Origin: Nitrosopumilaceae archaeon | Lineage (GTDB): Archaea; Thermoproteota; Nitrososphaeria; Nitrososphaerales; Nitrosopumilaceae | Reading direction: 5' to 3' | DNA length: 64,000 bases | Assembly (NCBI GenBank): GCA_965207375.1 | Contig: OZ242274.1 | Location: 1,664,001 to 1,728,000, forward strand | Part shown: piece by piece, positions 1 through 9,917 of the stretch | Numbering within the stretch: the stretch's first letter is position 1 | Layout: the number at the start of each line of letters is the position of its first letter | The notes under the pieces: model-generated | Database searches by the model: none | What the model was told of the DNA's origin: nothing | What the model saw: only the letters and a program-made list of their open reading frames with translations | Position numbers and translations under genes: made by a program

Positions 1-2
1 TT

Positions 3-1439
3 GCAGGCGTTGACCCGAACCCTACTCCACTCCAGGTACCAATAAATTATCATGTCAGTCAAATCGGAGATTATGTCCCGGATAATTATATAGGTTCTTT
101 TACGACAAACGTAGGACAATCCAGCGTTTTATTTCCGTTAGTGATCAACAAAATCACACCAGGGGATCAGGGCGGCGGTGCTGTCATAATTCGTTTGCTT
201 CCCAGTGATGCATATAGACTAACAGGAGAGACCAGTCTTGTAATACCAATAATCGATAGTGAGCCTGGTGTTCCCATCCCTGATGGTCTTAACGACTTTG
301 ATGGTATTATCGGCGGCGGTCAAGACAGCGAACTACCACCAACACCACCGGAAATATACGTACCACCGATTAACCACACATCAAATATTGCTCAAGATAC
401 ACCGATAATTGTACCAGAATCTATACCAATACCTACAGCTGACCCAGAACTAATTGAAGATGTAAAGTACCTTGCATCTATGACACATCATGGTCATGAT
501 CACGTTGACAGATGGAATAGAGTCTTGGCAGCCTTTGGAGTTATACAACATGACAATCCTATGACTGCAGCAGAGGCTCAAGCAAATACTAAAAAATACT
601 CTAGTCCACTATGGGTCAAGATTGCAGAGACTTTGAAGATAATAGAGGCAGCAGTTGAACAACAGCAACAACAGCAACAACAGCAACAACAGCAACAACA
701 GCAACAACAGCAACAACAGCAACAACAGCAACAACAGCAACAACAGCAACAACAACAGCAAAACGCAACACAGAATATACCACAGGTTGAGCCAGTACAA
801 GAGCCTGAACCAACACCTGCAATAGATCCAGAATTAATTGAAGATGTAAAGTACCTTGCATCTATGACACATCATGGTCATGATCACGTTGACAGATGGA
901 ATAGAGTCTTGGCAGGATTTGGATTACTAGAACATTCTAACCCTATGACAGCTGCAGAAGCTGAAGCAAATAGCAAGAAATACTCTAGTCCATTATGGCC
1001 TAAAATTGCAGAAGTGTTAACAATACTAGAGGCAATACCAGTACCTACACAAGACCCAGTACCTACACAAGACCCAGTACCTACACAAGACCCAGTACCT
1101 ACACAAGACCCAGTACCTACACAAGACCCAGTACCTACACAAGACCCAGTACCTACACAAGACCCAGTACCTACACAAGACCCAGTACCTACACAAGACC
1201 CAGTACCTACACCTGCAATAGACCCAGAATTAATTGAAGATGTAAAGTATTTGGCAAGTCAAACCCATCATGGTTTTAATCATGTTGACAGATGGAATAA
1301 GGTACTAGCAGCATTTGGCGTTTTAGAACATGACAATCCTATGACTGCAGCAGAGGCAGAGGTTAACTCAAAAAAATACTCTAGTCCATTATGGCCTAAA
1401 ATTGCAGAAGTTTTGAAACAATTAGAGAATGCCAACTAA
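3..1439 (+). CDS. Secreted His-motif repeat protein, 5'-truncated by the window edge; paralogue of 41335..43356
   Basis: Frame is open from position 3 (AGVDPNPTPLQVPINYHVSQIG...) and collinear with the paralogue. Three ~70-aa repeats (DPELIEDVKYLAS.THHG..HVDRWNRVLA.FG...NPMTAAEA..N.KKYSSPLW) are joined by poly-Q and PVPTQD linkers. Confidence 0.85.
   Translation, partial: AGVDPNPTPLQVPINYHVSQIGDYVPDNYIGSFTTNVGQSSVLFPLVINKITPGDQGGGAVIIRLLPSDAYRLTGETSLVIPIIDSEPGVPIPDGLNDFDGIIGGGQDSELPPTPPEIYVPPINHTSNIAQDTPIIVPESIPIPTADPELIEDVKYLASMTHHGHDHVDRWNRVLAAFGVIQHDNPMTAAEAQANTKKYSSPLWVKIAETLKIIEAAVEQQQQQQQQQQQQQQQQQQQQQQQQQQQQQQQQQQNATQNIPQVEPVQEPEPTPAIDPELIEDVKYLASMTHHGHDHVDRWNRVLAGFGLLEHSNPMTAAEAEANSKKYSSPLWPKIAEVLTILEAIPVPTQDPVPTQDPVPTQDPVPTQDPVPTQDPVPTQDPVPTQDPVPTQDPVPTQDPVPTPAIDPELIEDVKYLASQTHHGFNHVDRWNKVLAAFGVLEHDNPMTAAEAEVNSKKYSSPLWPKIAEVLKQLENAN
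660..761 (+). repeat. 9-bp microsatellite (CAACAGCAA)n encoding ~34 Gln
   Basis: Directly visible tandem repeat inside the CDS. Confidence 0.95.
1038..1212 (+). repeat. 18-bp tandem repeat CCAGTACCTACACAAGAC x9 plus a partial unit (PVPTQD)
   Basis: Perfect tandem units with no spacers. Confidence 0.95.
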
Positions 1440-1532
1440 CAAATAAGCAAACAATGAATTTTTGAAATCAAGGTGTACGTAAAACATACCACACCATATG
1501 TCAAAATCTAGGCGTGATGTTAACAATTATGA

Positions 1533-1655
1533 TTTTTGTAGAGTTTTTTTATCTGATACGCTCAATGCATGATTTGACATGTGACCTCATTTAGATCCTG
1601 TTGAGAAAAATTTGATCGTAAATAATCAGAATTTAGGCACTACATCAACACTTAC
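1533..1655 (-). mobile_element. Degenerate left-end remnant of the IS66 element at 39536..41042
   Basis: Aligns with 40925..41042 (tgacctcatttagatc.tgttg..aaaaatttgatcgtaaat...taggcac....aacacttac), including the terminal IR. Confidence 0.75.
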
Positions 1656-1795
1656 ATCAAAAGAGTCACCAGTATCAATAAATGTAGATCAAATTTTCTC
1701 AAGCAAAACTTGAAAATGAAGCATATACCTGTAGAACACAGACAATAGTTGTGTATTATTTTTAAATAGACTGTTTGTGATGTGTGATTTAGTCC

Positions 1796-2926
1796 TTGAC
1801 CTCAAAGCTAGCATATCTTGATGCAGAATTGACCAGAATAAAAAAAGACAACCTGTATCGCAGTCTTTGTTTTGGAACAATTGCAGGTCCATATATCACA
1901 ATTAACCACAAAAAACTACTCAACCTTTGTTCAAATGACTATCTTGGAATCAAGTCAACCAAACTAAACCAAACACAAATGCAGTCAAGCTCCAGACTGG
2001 TTTGTGGAAACGACAAATCATATCAGGAGCTTGAAAAAATCCTTGCAAAACAAAAGTACAAGCAAGGCGCACTGGTATTTCCTACAGGATACATGGCAAA
2101 TTTGGGTGTAATTGCAGCACTTGCAAAAAAAGGAGACACCATACTAAGTGATGAGCTAAACCATGCAAGCATAATTGAGGCATGCAAGATATCTGATGCT
2201 ACAGTATCCGTATACGGACACAACGATACAGATGATCTGCGCAAAAAAATACGCCATGCAAAAGGCAAAAGGTTCATCATCACAGAAGGTATATTTAGTA
2301 TGGATGGAGATCTTGCAAAGCTAGACGAAATTTCAGAGATTGCACAAAAAAATAATGCAATAACAATACTAGATGACGCGCACGGGGATTTTGTAATGGG
2401 CAAAGATGGACGGGGAACTGCCCATCACTATAACGTTGCAAAAAAAATCGACGTACATACAAGCAGCCTAAGCAAGGGGCTAGGCTCATTTGGAGGATAC
2501 ATTGCATCTGAAGATAATGTTATAGATTACTGCATAAACAAGTCAAAGTCTTTTATCTACACATCTGCGCTTCCAAGTGTTTTTATAAATCACGCATTAA
2601 AGAGAATAAAAACAAACCTAAAACCCTATCAAAAAAGACTAGAAAAAAATACAAGCTACATGATAAAGGGATTAAATCAGTCAGGCTATCAGGTAAACTC
2701 ACAAAGTCAAATCATACCAATAATCATAGGAAATGAAAAAACTGCTACAAATTTTGGAAAATATCTAATTGATAAGGGCATATTTGCACAGCCAATACGA
2801 TATCCAACTGTGGCAAAAAACCGGGCACGCATAAGAATATCAGTTACTGCATGGCTAAAAGAACCACATATACAAAAATCACTAGATGTCTTTGATCGTG
2901 CAGGAAAAAAATTTGGCATTATCTAA
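1796..2926 (+). CDS. bioF: 8-amino-7-oxononanoate synthase / class II PLP aminotransferase
   Basis: Motifs NLCSNDYLG, DELNHASII, EGIFSMDGD, DDAHG and SLSKGLGSFGG (PLP-binding Lys). Confidence 0.85.
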   Translation: MTSKLAYLDAELTRIKKDNLYRSLCFGTIAGPYITINHKKLLNLCSNDYLGIKSTKLNQTQMQSSSRLVCGNDKSYQELEKILAKQKYKQGALVFPTGYMANLGVIAALAKKGDTILSDELNHASIIEACKISDATVSVYGHNDTDDLRKKIRHAKGKRFIITEGIFSMDGDLAKLDEISEIAQKNNAITILDDAHGDFVMGKDGRGTAHHYNVAKKIDVHTSSLSKGLGSFGGYIASEDNVIDYCINKSKSFIYTSALPSVFINHALKRIKTNLKPYQKRLEKNTSYMIKGLNQSGYQVNSQSQIIPIIIGNEKTATNFGKYLIDKGIFAQPIRYPTVAKNRARIRISVTAWLKEPHIQKSLDVFDRAGKKFGII

Positions 2927-3027
2927 CGGTACATGTCTAGGCCACCAAACATTGGAGAGCCTACCAAAAACGCAAAGACTACAATGCCTCCCAAAACTAT
3001 ACCTGTAATGATGAATCGCGTGTTCAT
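2923..3027 (-). CDS. Small membrane peptide, 34 aa (MNTRFIITGIVLGGIVVFAFLVGSPMFGGLDMYR)
   Basis: Hand-translated ORF with one hydrophobic helix and an AGAGG-type RBS upstream. It is below the ORF-track length cutoff. Confidence 0.55.
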   Translation of the reverse strand: MNTRFIITGIVLGGIVVFAFLVGSPMFGGLDMYR

Positions 3028-3159
3028 ATTAACCTCTAAAAACTGCCAAGATAAAAAGCAATCTAGAAATTGTCAAACTCGGGCAAATTCCAATAGTATC
3101 ATAACTGAACGATTATGGATTAGATTTGGAACAATGCTTTAAAATAAAATCATGCATTT

Positions 3160-3897
3160 ATGTGTATGAACGAGGCTACCTTGTTGGGTGCAGCATCAAT
3201 AGGACTAGCATCATTTTTTGCACCATGTATTTTGCCAATAGTGCCTGCATTTTTGGCATACATATCTGGGTCATCCCTTTATGAGACTAACAAACAAAGC
3301 GACTCAAACACCATAGTGGTAAACAAAACAAACATCGTTCTCAATACGATATTTTTTGTTCTAGGATTTACGGTGGTTTTTTCAATATACAGCGTTATCA
3401 TAAACAGCATATTTTCAGACCTGACAGGTGAGCTTACCCAGGCCTTTAATCAGATAGGTGGAATCATAATAATTGGATTTGGCGCATACATGCTTTTATC
3501 ATCAAAGATTCGCATACTCAATTTTGAAAAAAAATTCATTCCAAAAAAGACAAAATCCAGCTTTCCGTTATCATTTTTGTTTGGATTATCCTTTGCAGCT
3601 GCATGGACACCATGTACTGCACCTGTTTTGGGAACAATACTTACAATAGCTGCAATAACTCCTGCAGAGTCACTGAACCTGATGCTAGCATATTCGTTGG
3701 GATTGGGAATCCCATTTATCATAATGGGTGTGTTTTTCTCAAGGGCCACTAGAATAATTAGAGCAATGAGCAAACATCTGAAATATTATTCTATAATACT
3801 TGGAGCCTTTATTGTAATACTTGGAGTCTTGGTATTTTTTAACCAGCTTGCATACATTGCAAGCTTTCCTCTACTAAATAACCTGCTATTGGGATGA
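3160..3897 (+). CDS. ccdA: CcdA/DsbD-type thiol-disulfide transmembrane protein
   Basis: SFFAPCILP and WTPCTAPVLG Cys motifs; multiple TM helices. Confidence 0.9.
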   Translation: MCMNEATLLGAASIGLASFFAPCILPIVPAFLAYISGSSLYETNKQSDSNTIVVNKTNIVLNTIFFVLGFTVVFSIYSVIINSIFSDLTGELTQAFNQIGGIIIIGFGAYMLLSSKIRILNFEKKFIPKKTKSSFPLSFLFGLSFAAAWTPCTAPVLGTILTIAAITPAESLNLMLAYSLGLGIPFIIMGVFFSRATRIIRAMSKHLKYYSIILGAFIVILGVLVFFNQLAYIASFPLLNNLLLG

Positions 3898-3900
3898 AAC

Positions 3901-5016
3901 ATGATGAGATCAGAAATTAAAACAGCAATAATGATGGGCGCAATAATTGCAGGAGTTGTAGGAATCATAAGCATTTCACTAAACCAAATAGAGCCTGAAT
4001 CCTTTGAATCTGGAACGATTCAGACACAGGACGGAGTGCAACTTTTAGATATTGACAAGTCTAGATTCAAGATGGCACCACAAATTTCTGGAATTGCAGA
4101 ATACATCAATACAACACCTGAGCAATTGCAAAAAGAGATGGACGACAAGGTGGTACTGTACGACATCTGGACGTACAGCTGTATCAACTGTGTAAGAACT
4201 TTACCATACATTACTGCATGGAATGACAAATATGCAGACCAGGGCCTGTTAATAATTGGAATCCACTCCCCAGAGTTTGAGTTTGAAAAAGACGTACACA
4301 ATGTGCAGATGGCAGTTGAAAAACACGGAATCAATTATCCCGTAGTATTAGACAATGACTGGGAAACTTGGGATGCGTTTGAAAATAGATACTGGCCCAG
4401 AAAATACATTGCAGACCATGAGGGATACATTAGATATGATCACATAGGCGAGGGAGGATATGCAGAAACTGAAAAAATCATTCAGGAATTATTAAAGGAG
4501 AGATCTGCAGCATTGGGATTAGGGGCGGCATCTGCAGTATCTCTAGTTGAACTAGACGAATTTGAACACACAAGATACAGAACACCTGAGCTATACTTTG
4601 GATACGAGCTTGCATTTGGTAGGAGTCAGTTGGGAAATCCAGAAGGATTCAGCCCAAACAACGTCATCACGTATCAAGCAGGAGACACGCTAGAGGATCA
4701 TAAATTCTATCTAGATGGCACGTGGGAAAACAACGGAGATCACATGAAACTAGTATCAAAAGAGGGCACGATAAAATTACCATATATAGCAAAACAGGTA
4801 AACATTGTAGCATCAGGTCAAACAGATCTTGAGATTACAATTGATGGCATGCCCATACCTCCACAAATTCGGGGCTCAGATGTAGCAGGTGACATTGTGC
4901 CAATAAGGGGACCTGCACTGTACAATATTATCAACGGCCAAGAATCAAAATCACATTTGATTGAAATCCAGATAAAGGATGCAGGATTTGAAATGTATAC
5001 ATTTACCTTCGGATAG
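3901..5016 (+). CDS. Membrane-anchored redoxin (DipZ C-terminal-like)
   Basis: WTYSCINC, GIHSPEFEFEK, NRYWP and TPELYFGY motifs; ends in YTFTFG. Confidence 0.88.
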   Translation: MMRSEIKTAIMMGAIIAGVVGIISISLNQIEPESFESGTIQTQDGVQLLDIDKSRFKMAPQISGIAEYINTTPEQLQKEMDDKVVLYDIWTYSCINCVRTLPYITAWNDKYADQGLLIIGIHSPEFEFEKDVHNVQMAVEKHGINYPVVLDNDWETWDAFENRYWPRKYIADHEGYIRYDHIGEGGYAETEKIIQELLKERSAALGLGAASAVSLVELDEFEHTRYRTPELYFGYELAFGRSQLGNPEGFSPNNVITYQAGDTLEDHKFYLDGTWENNGDHMKLVSKEGTIKLPYIAKQVNIVASGQTDLEITIDGMPIPPQIRGSDVAGDIVPIRGPALYNIINGQESKSHLIEIQIKDAGFEMYTFTFG

Positions 5017-5109
5017 TGTAACTGTACTATCCTGTAACTGCAGTGACATGATACTATGATACAAATCGGTTTAAAGTCAAAACATTTAGCAATTATGGGG
5101 AGAAAGGCA

Positions 5110-5754
5110 TTGATATCCAACAATTGGAACAAACGAGGAGGGCAAGGATTATCCGGTAGGGTATTAGGAGCAGTAAGACCAGAAGCTCCATTAAAAAACA
5201 AGATTGATCTTGCACAGAAAAAACTACAGGTACAAGTAGCAAAGCTTGATTCCATTCACGGCAAATTACAGAAAAAGCATGACATTATCTTTGAAAGAAT
5301 AGTTAATGCACAGAGAAATCACAACAACTCTTATGCTAAAGCGTATGCTACAGAGCTATCGCAGGTAAGAAAGATGAAAACAATGGTGGGCAATGCCAAA
5401 CTATCCATGGAACAAATACAGCTCAGACTCAACACAGTATCAGAATTAGGCGATGTGGTAGTAACACTTAGCCCATGCATGTCAATTATCAAGGGACTAA
5501 GTTCCTCAATTGGAGGAATTATGCCCGAGGCTAATGCATCAATGCAAGATCTCTCGTCAATTCTAGGTGATGTGATGAGCAACTCGTCTGTAGGAAATGT
5601 CGATATTGGAATCACAGAATCTGCAGGCAGCGAGGCAGGAGCAATCTTAGCAGAGGCACAATCAATGATTGAGAGTCAGACCAAATCAAGCATACCAGAC
5701 ATTCCAGCAGAGCTAAAAACACAGCTCAAACAAAAACGTCAGACTATGATTTAG
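5110..5754 (+). CDS. Snf7/ESCRT-III (CdvB-like) protein
   Basis: Helical Snf7-type core (AKAYATELSQVRKMK...EQIQLRLNTVSELGDVVVTLSP). The TTG start at 5110 is inferred; the track ORF starts at 5056. Confidence 0.85.
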   Translation: MISNNWNKRGGQGLSGRVLGAVRPEAPLKNKIDLAQKKLQVQVAKLDSIHGKLQKKHDIIFERIVNAQRNHNNSYAKAYATELSQVRKMKTMVGNAKLSMEQIQLRLNTVSELGDVVVTLSPCMSIIKGLSSSIGGIMPEANASMQDLSSILGDVMSNSSVGNVDIGITESAGSEAGAILAEAQSMIESQTKSSIPDIPAELKTQLKQKRQTMI

Positions 5755-5983
5755 AGTCAGCTTTTGTCTCTGATGTAGATTTTGTGGTACGGAATCTACA
5801 GAGAACACTTGGCATTCATACGCCTTAGTCAATACGGAGGGGAGCGAACTCCTCTTGAGATCTACAAACAGGAATTCATCTAAAAAAATACCCTAGCAAA
5901 ACGGTCATGTAGAATCATTTCACAAGATACAAAGAACACATCTAGGTGAATACTTTTTATTCAGATGTTGTTACACAGTAATC

Positions 5984-6376
5984 ATGCTTGGTGAATTTGA
6001 GATAACCCATGAGACCCAGATGGTAGAATTACAAGGAGAATCTACATGTTGCATTGTTGACCACGACCTTGAAAACAAAACCGTCTGGAAAAAGCTTTTA
6101 CAAAAAGGATTTGAATATAATCTAAAGGGCGTAATACTGAAAACACCTCAAGGGTATCATCTAGCCTGTAGGTTCATGATCAGAGGTGAGGGAGAGTATC
6201 TAGATTACAAAATTGCACCACCAAAACAATGGATGACAGAGTTTAGAAAAACAAAAAAACTAGCAATCATAGACATTACAGGAAAAATAATCATGGTTGC
6301 AAAGGATGTCTGGACCGGCGCAATTGACGAGGTACTGCAAAAATTCTACACTCCAAATACAAATGGCAGTACCTAA
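5984..6376 (+). CDS. Hypothetical protein
   Basis: 130-aa ATG ORF preceded by a TATA-like tttttat. Confidence 0.6.
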   Translation: MLGEFEITHETQMVELQGESTCCIVDHDLENKTVWKKLLQKGFEYNLKGVILKTPQGYHLACRFMIRGEGEYLDYKIAPPKQWMTEFRKTKKLAIIDITGKIIMVAKDVWTGAIDEVLQKFYTPNTNGST

Positions 6377-6451
6377 GGATGCAATGAAAAAATTCACCTT
6401 ACAGAATCATGTTTGACAGGCCCGTACATTAAATGCAGTCTCCCAGATATG

Positions 6452-7231
6452 CTATCTTTGGGCTAGTTTTTGATTTATTACCTGTACAAATGACTCAAAT
6501 GGTTTTGCACCGTTGACATGAATATATCCTGTCTGTTCGTTTCCGATGAAAAATGCAGGAGTTCCTGTTGCACCGTATTTTGTGCCATCTGCCTTGTCTG
6601 CATTTACTTCTGCAGCAATTGCAGGGTTACGCAGGCACTCTGAAAATGAATCGACATCTAGTGAGAGCAGATGTGCATATTCTACAACTTGGTTTGTAAT
6701 GGATTCTGAATCCATCTTGTTCCATTGAGATTGTCTTTCAAACAAAATATCGTGATACTGCCAGAACATGCCCTGCTCGTCTGCGCATTCGGCTGCAATG
6801 TGGGTAATTTTTGCATTAGGATGAATTCTATCTATTGGAAAGTCACGATATACGATATTTACTTGTCCGCTGTCTACATAATTTTTCACAATTAATGGAA
6901 GTGTCTCCTGATGGAATCTGCTACAAAAGGGACATTGAAAATCAGAAAACTCTACAACAGTTACTGGTGCATCAGGATTTCCTAGCATCGGGTCATCATC
7001 TAGTGATATAATTAATTTTTGAGGCATTGCAACAGTAGGCTGTGTGTCTGATAACAAATCCTCTAATTGGGACCGTGTAACATAGTCTGGAGTATTTGCA
7101 AATGAGGCAACAAAATATCCTACAAAAAATGTACCGACTGCTATTCCCACAATTGCAGTAACTACGAGACCATAATATGCTGATTTTTTCATAGTTATTA
7201 TGCCAGATGGCTTTACAGAATCTTCAGACAT
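6452..7231 (-). CDS. Membrane-anchored DsbA-family oxidoreductase
   Basis: GNPDAPVTVVEFSDFQCPFC and GTPAFF cis-Pro motif; N-terminal TM helix. Confidence 0.9.
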   Translation of the reverse strand: MSEDSVKPSGIITMKKSAYYGLVVTAIVGIAVGTFFVGYFVASFANTPDYVTRSQLEDLLSDTQPTVAMPQKLIISLDDDPMLGNPDAPVTVVEFSDFQCPFCSRFHQETLPLIVKNYVDSGQVNIVYRDFPIDRIHPNAKITHIAAECADEQGMFWQYHDILFERQSQWNKMDSESITNQVVEYAHLLSLDVDSFSECLRNPAIAAEVNADKADGTKYGATGTPAFFIGNEQTGYIHVNGAKPFESFVQVINQKLAQR

Positions 7232-7287
7232 GAGATATGTTAGTTCTTTTTGCACTCAAATATGTAGTTTCAGATAAAAAAAGGAGG

Positions 7288-8643
7288 TTAGCCTTTAATC
7301 CATTTTGTAGCATCAGATGTTACAAAATATGACATGGTTCCACAGTTCTGTATGCGTCCGCCACAACCTTTATCGGTTTTAAGATATTTGTTATAGCTTG
7401 CCTTGCCAAGTCCTGTATCTGAGATGGAATTTTTTCCATATCCAATTATAATTTCACCCTTGACTGTATTTAGGGCTACAGAGTCATCAGATTGTGAAAT
7501 TGCTTCTACATGCAATCCGTTATCAACATACTTGTGCATCCCACTAGGTATTACATCTAGGGTAATCGTGCCAGTTTTTGTCTGTTCTTTTGTAAAGTTG
7601 CAAGTTCCTGATTCGCAATTGAAGATTTTTACTTTGGCTGTGACGGTATGCTTTTTATCTACTTTTTTCCATCCACCTGCTTCGGCACACGGTAAAAGGA
7701 AACTACAGGTCATTGGTTCTCCAGTAACCGGGTCAATACCTTGATTTTTTTCAAACTCTTTGATTGCTTGTAACTGTTCAGGTGTTGTTTTAGGAAGTTT
7801 GGCATTTGCATACATGGATTCCGAGTCACAATCTGATTCATACATACAAACTGCAGCCCCGGTTATACTCATCCAATAATGCGGATCATTGCCGGATAGC
7901 TCAGGTGGAACATTTCCATGCTGAGCCATGGTGTTTAATGATCTTACCATTTTTTTGGTAAATACCTCAAGATTCTTATCTCCAACAATGTCTAAAATCC
8001 TCTCATTGATTTGCTTCTTTGTATCTGGAGATGGATATTTTTGAGTTGCCCATTTGTGGTATTTTGTTACGGGTTCTGTGGCATTGTAATTTCCATTCAT
8101 CTTTTGTTTGGCAACGTAAAGAGATACTAATTCATGACCATGTCCTTTTTTTCCTATGATGGATTCAAAGTTATGTTGTTTGATCTGCTCTTTTACCATC
8201 TTTTTATTCCATTCATTTTTTGGCAGATCTGCATCTACATAGGCTTCAATCTCGGATTGGGCTGCGTCAAACTCCTCCTGAGTAGAATAGTACGATTGCC
8301 ATTTTTCACCGATTCTTTTAATGAGTTTGTTGGTGGAAATTGTTTTTTCAGATTTGGATACATCCACTAATCTCTGATACAGAGCATCAACGTGATTTTT
8401 AAGTTCATTAATTTCTCTGGCAAGTTTATCAATCCTGTCTGGGTTTGTTATTTCTTCTAGCTGAGCTGTTTTTTGCTCGATTAATGCCTCTTTTTTTGCT
8501 ATCTTTTGCTCTAGTTTTCCGATTCTAGGATTTACATCACCTTCATCTGCTACTGCCACATTCATTGATGAAAATGGTAGAATCATTGCAGTGATTAGGG
8601 CTGCAAATAGTATTGTTTTTGTTTTGCTTGTTATGTTTTTCAA
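7288..8643 (-). CDS. Secreted hypothetical protein (signal peptide, coiled coil, Cys-containing C-terminal domain)
   Basis: 451-aa ORF with N-terminus MKNITSKTKTILFAALITAMILPFSSMNVAVA. Confidence 0.75.
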   Translation of the reverse strand: MKNITSKTKTILFAALITAMILPFSSMNVAVADEGDVNPRIGKLEQKIAKKEALIEQKTAQLEEITNPDRIDKLAREINELKNHVDALYQRLVDVSKSEKTISTNKLIKRIGEKWQSYYSTQEEFDAAQSEIEAYVDADLPKNEWNKKMVKEQIKQHNFESIIGKKGHGHELVSLYVAKQKMNGNYNATEPVTKYHKWATQKYPSPDTKKQINERILDIVGDKNLEVFTKKMVRSLNTMAQHGNVPPELSGNDPHYWMSITGAAVCMYESDCDSESMYANAKLPKTTPEQLQAIKEFEKNQGIDPVTGEPMTCSFLLPCAEAGGWKKVDKKHTVTAKVKIFNCESGTCNFTKEQTKTGTITLDVIPSGMHKYVDNGLHVEAISQSDDSVALNTVKGEIIIGYGKNSISDTGLGKASYNKYLKTDKGCGGRIQNCGTMSYFVTSDATKWIKG

Positions 8644-8822
8644 TGTGATTATATTCCATTTACACTTGCATTATATTAAATTTGATATTAACTTACGGCA
8701 TGCTTCTTTTAAAATACTACATATTGCTCATTTTTACATTAAATATTTTTTCTAGAGATAAACTCTCATAAGAGTTTGACATGTTTTAAATTAGGCTAAC
8801 ATAACTACATGTATTGAAAAAA
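8557..8822 (+). repeat. 266-bp inverted repeat, copy 1 (bidirectional promoter plus both gene starts)
   Basis: Reverse complement of 10269..10534; no mismatch seen on manual comparison. Confidence 0.9.
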
Positions 8823-9194
8823 CTATTCCTTACAAGTATTATAATTAACATTGGTTTGGTAATTGGAGTCATATTTTCCTTGTCTTTACTATATGATGAA
8901 GTTTTCAAACTAGAAGGCGACTGTGATGTTACAAAGGAACATGCAAAATTAATTGCAGAATATGGCAAAAGATATCATGACCTTCCACTAGAAGAAAGAA
9001 CTGCATTGGATAATGAATTTAATATGATCCAGGCCAATTTTGATATAAAGAACGGCAATGGCACGCAGGAAGAGTTTGATGCAGAATATTACAAATTATT
9101 AGACAGGTATGATATTGTGGAAGTTGGGTATGCCCAAGATGAGCGGCAAGAACTATTTTATCGCCTAGTACACTTGTGTAGTGATTATAGTTAA
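8814..9194 (+). CDS. Small membrane-anchored two-Cys protein, paralogue 1
   Basis: N-terminal TM helix; DCDVTKEHAKLIAE.GKRYH ... LHLCSDY shared with two paralogues. Confidence 0.75.
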   Translation: MKKLFLTSIIINIGLVIGVIFSLSLLYDEVFKLEGDCDVTKEHAKLIAEYGKRYHDLPLEERTALDNEFNMIQANFDIKNGNGTQEEFDAEYYKLLDRYDIVEVGYAQDERQELFYRLVHLCSDYS

Positions 9195-9215
9195 TGTGTA
9201 GTGATTTTAAAAAAA

Positions 9216-9297
9216 GTACTTGTTCACCTCATACCTAATTTTTCAATCATTACATCACCATCTGGGTACAAATTAACTCCATTACGTGAACCAGTAC
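9216..9297. mobile_element. MITE family A (82 bp, TIR GTACTTGTTCAC)
   Basis: Homologous to 49727..49808 and 18963..19045; flanks taaaaaaa/taaaaaag (7/8 TSD). Confidence 0.8.
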
Positions 9298-9549
9298 TAA
9301 AAAAGAATGGAACCCAAATTCCTGAAAAAAAAAGCCTAGTGTGCCCCCCCCACATCTTGGACCAAATTAGGCACAATGTGCCTGTTTAGTTGCATTTTTG
9401 TTATGTTTGGTAACGTATAGGATCAAAAAAATTAGAATTTACAATACAAAAGATGACGTGTCTAAAGGCAATTGTGATACAACATCTAAAGGCACATCAA
9501 GATACACTTGATAATGCCATATTTAACTGCCCATGTTGAGAGGCCGATA

Positions 9550-9872
9550 TTTTATGAAGCCATCCCCAGGGGTAAAGAGAGGAATAGAGTTTCTCAAAGG
9601 TACCACTACATCTGAGATGGAACATCGTCTAAAGGTAGAGCCCTCAGGCAAGCCGCGTGAGTGGCTACAGACAACATTGCTGCGCAGACAGGGCCTAGAC
9701 CTAGAATCTATACGTAAAATCCTAGGACGAGGTAAGGGCAGCATCTCAAGATGGCTAAACCAGATGTAGAAAGAGGGAGCCTGATGCAATACTTGACGGT
9801 AAGAGTACCGGAAGATCGTGCAAGATCTTAGGCGACAGTCAGAAAGCGTTTCGTTCTTTTTTACGATTACTA
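9550..9872 (+). pseudogene. Degenerate IS630-like transposase N-terminal HTH fragment
   Basis: LLRRQGLDLESIRKILGRGKGSISRWL, then a stop and frameshift into DAILDGKSTGRSCK. The 3' end resembles 38085..38130. Confidence 0.5.
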
Positions 9873-9917
9873 AGTACTATATGTTATGTTTTCAAGCAAT
9901 TTGTAACTGTAGACGCG

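Noticed and set aside
609-861. Minus-strand poly-Leu and poly-Val/Ala ORFs
   Set aside because: Shadows of the CAACAGCAA microsatellite in the real plus-strand gene.
1038-1212. 18-bp repeat array as a possible CRISPR
   Set aside because: No spacers; it is an in-frame coding tandem repeat.
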